Shown here: positions 63,916 to 64,000 of the stretch, piece after piece
Position numbering within the stretch: position 1 is the first letter of the stretch
Layout: each line of letters starts with the position of its first letter
DNA from: Squalus acanthias
Taxonomy: Eukaryota
DNA: 64,000 bases
Direction: 5' to 3'
Assembly: GCA_030390025.1 (NCBI GenBank)
Contig: JASTWF010000336.1
Location: 1-64,000, forward strand
The notes under the pieces: generated by a model
Database searches by the model: none
Told to the model about the DNA's origin: nothing
The model's input: the letters and a program-made list of their open reading frames with translations, nothing else
Made by a program: the position numbers and the translations under genes

Positions 63916-64000
63916 TATGGCAGGGGGCTAGAAACCTATGTAGTGAAATAGAGGAAAGTGAAAGGCAGACAGAAATAAATGGTAAAAGGGTGAGGAACAA

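Overview
Eukaryotic vertebrate DNA. A cartilaginous fish is likely, inferred from the CR1/L2/RTE/Penelope repeat mix and the H2B N-terminus. Bases 1-41517 are one head-to-tail satellite array (about 62-63 bp monomer, roughly 660 copies). It is near-uniform on the left and diversifies into higher-order repeats towards its right edge. A minus-strand 5-finger C2H2 zinc-finger gene, with a 33-bp coding minisatellite and a probable CpG-island promoter (NRF1/YY1 motifs), ends 61 bp from the satellite and is transcribed towards it. To the right lie a LINE-riddled ~1.15 kb tandem unit carrying initiator tRNA-Met genes (two full-length, one lacking its anticodon loop) and tRNA-Gly(TCC) plus a decayed copy. 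Further right are a Penelope-like insertion with hammerhead-ribozyme motifs, a replication-dependent histone cluster (intact H2A and H2B; H4 and H2B pseudogenes), a degenerate ~46-bp repeat and CR1 LINEs, one with an open ORF1. All calls were made by eye and no database searches were run.
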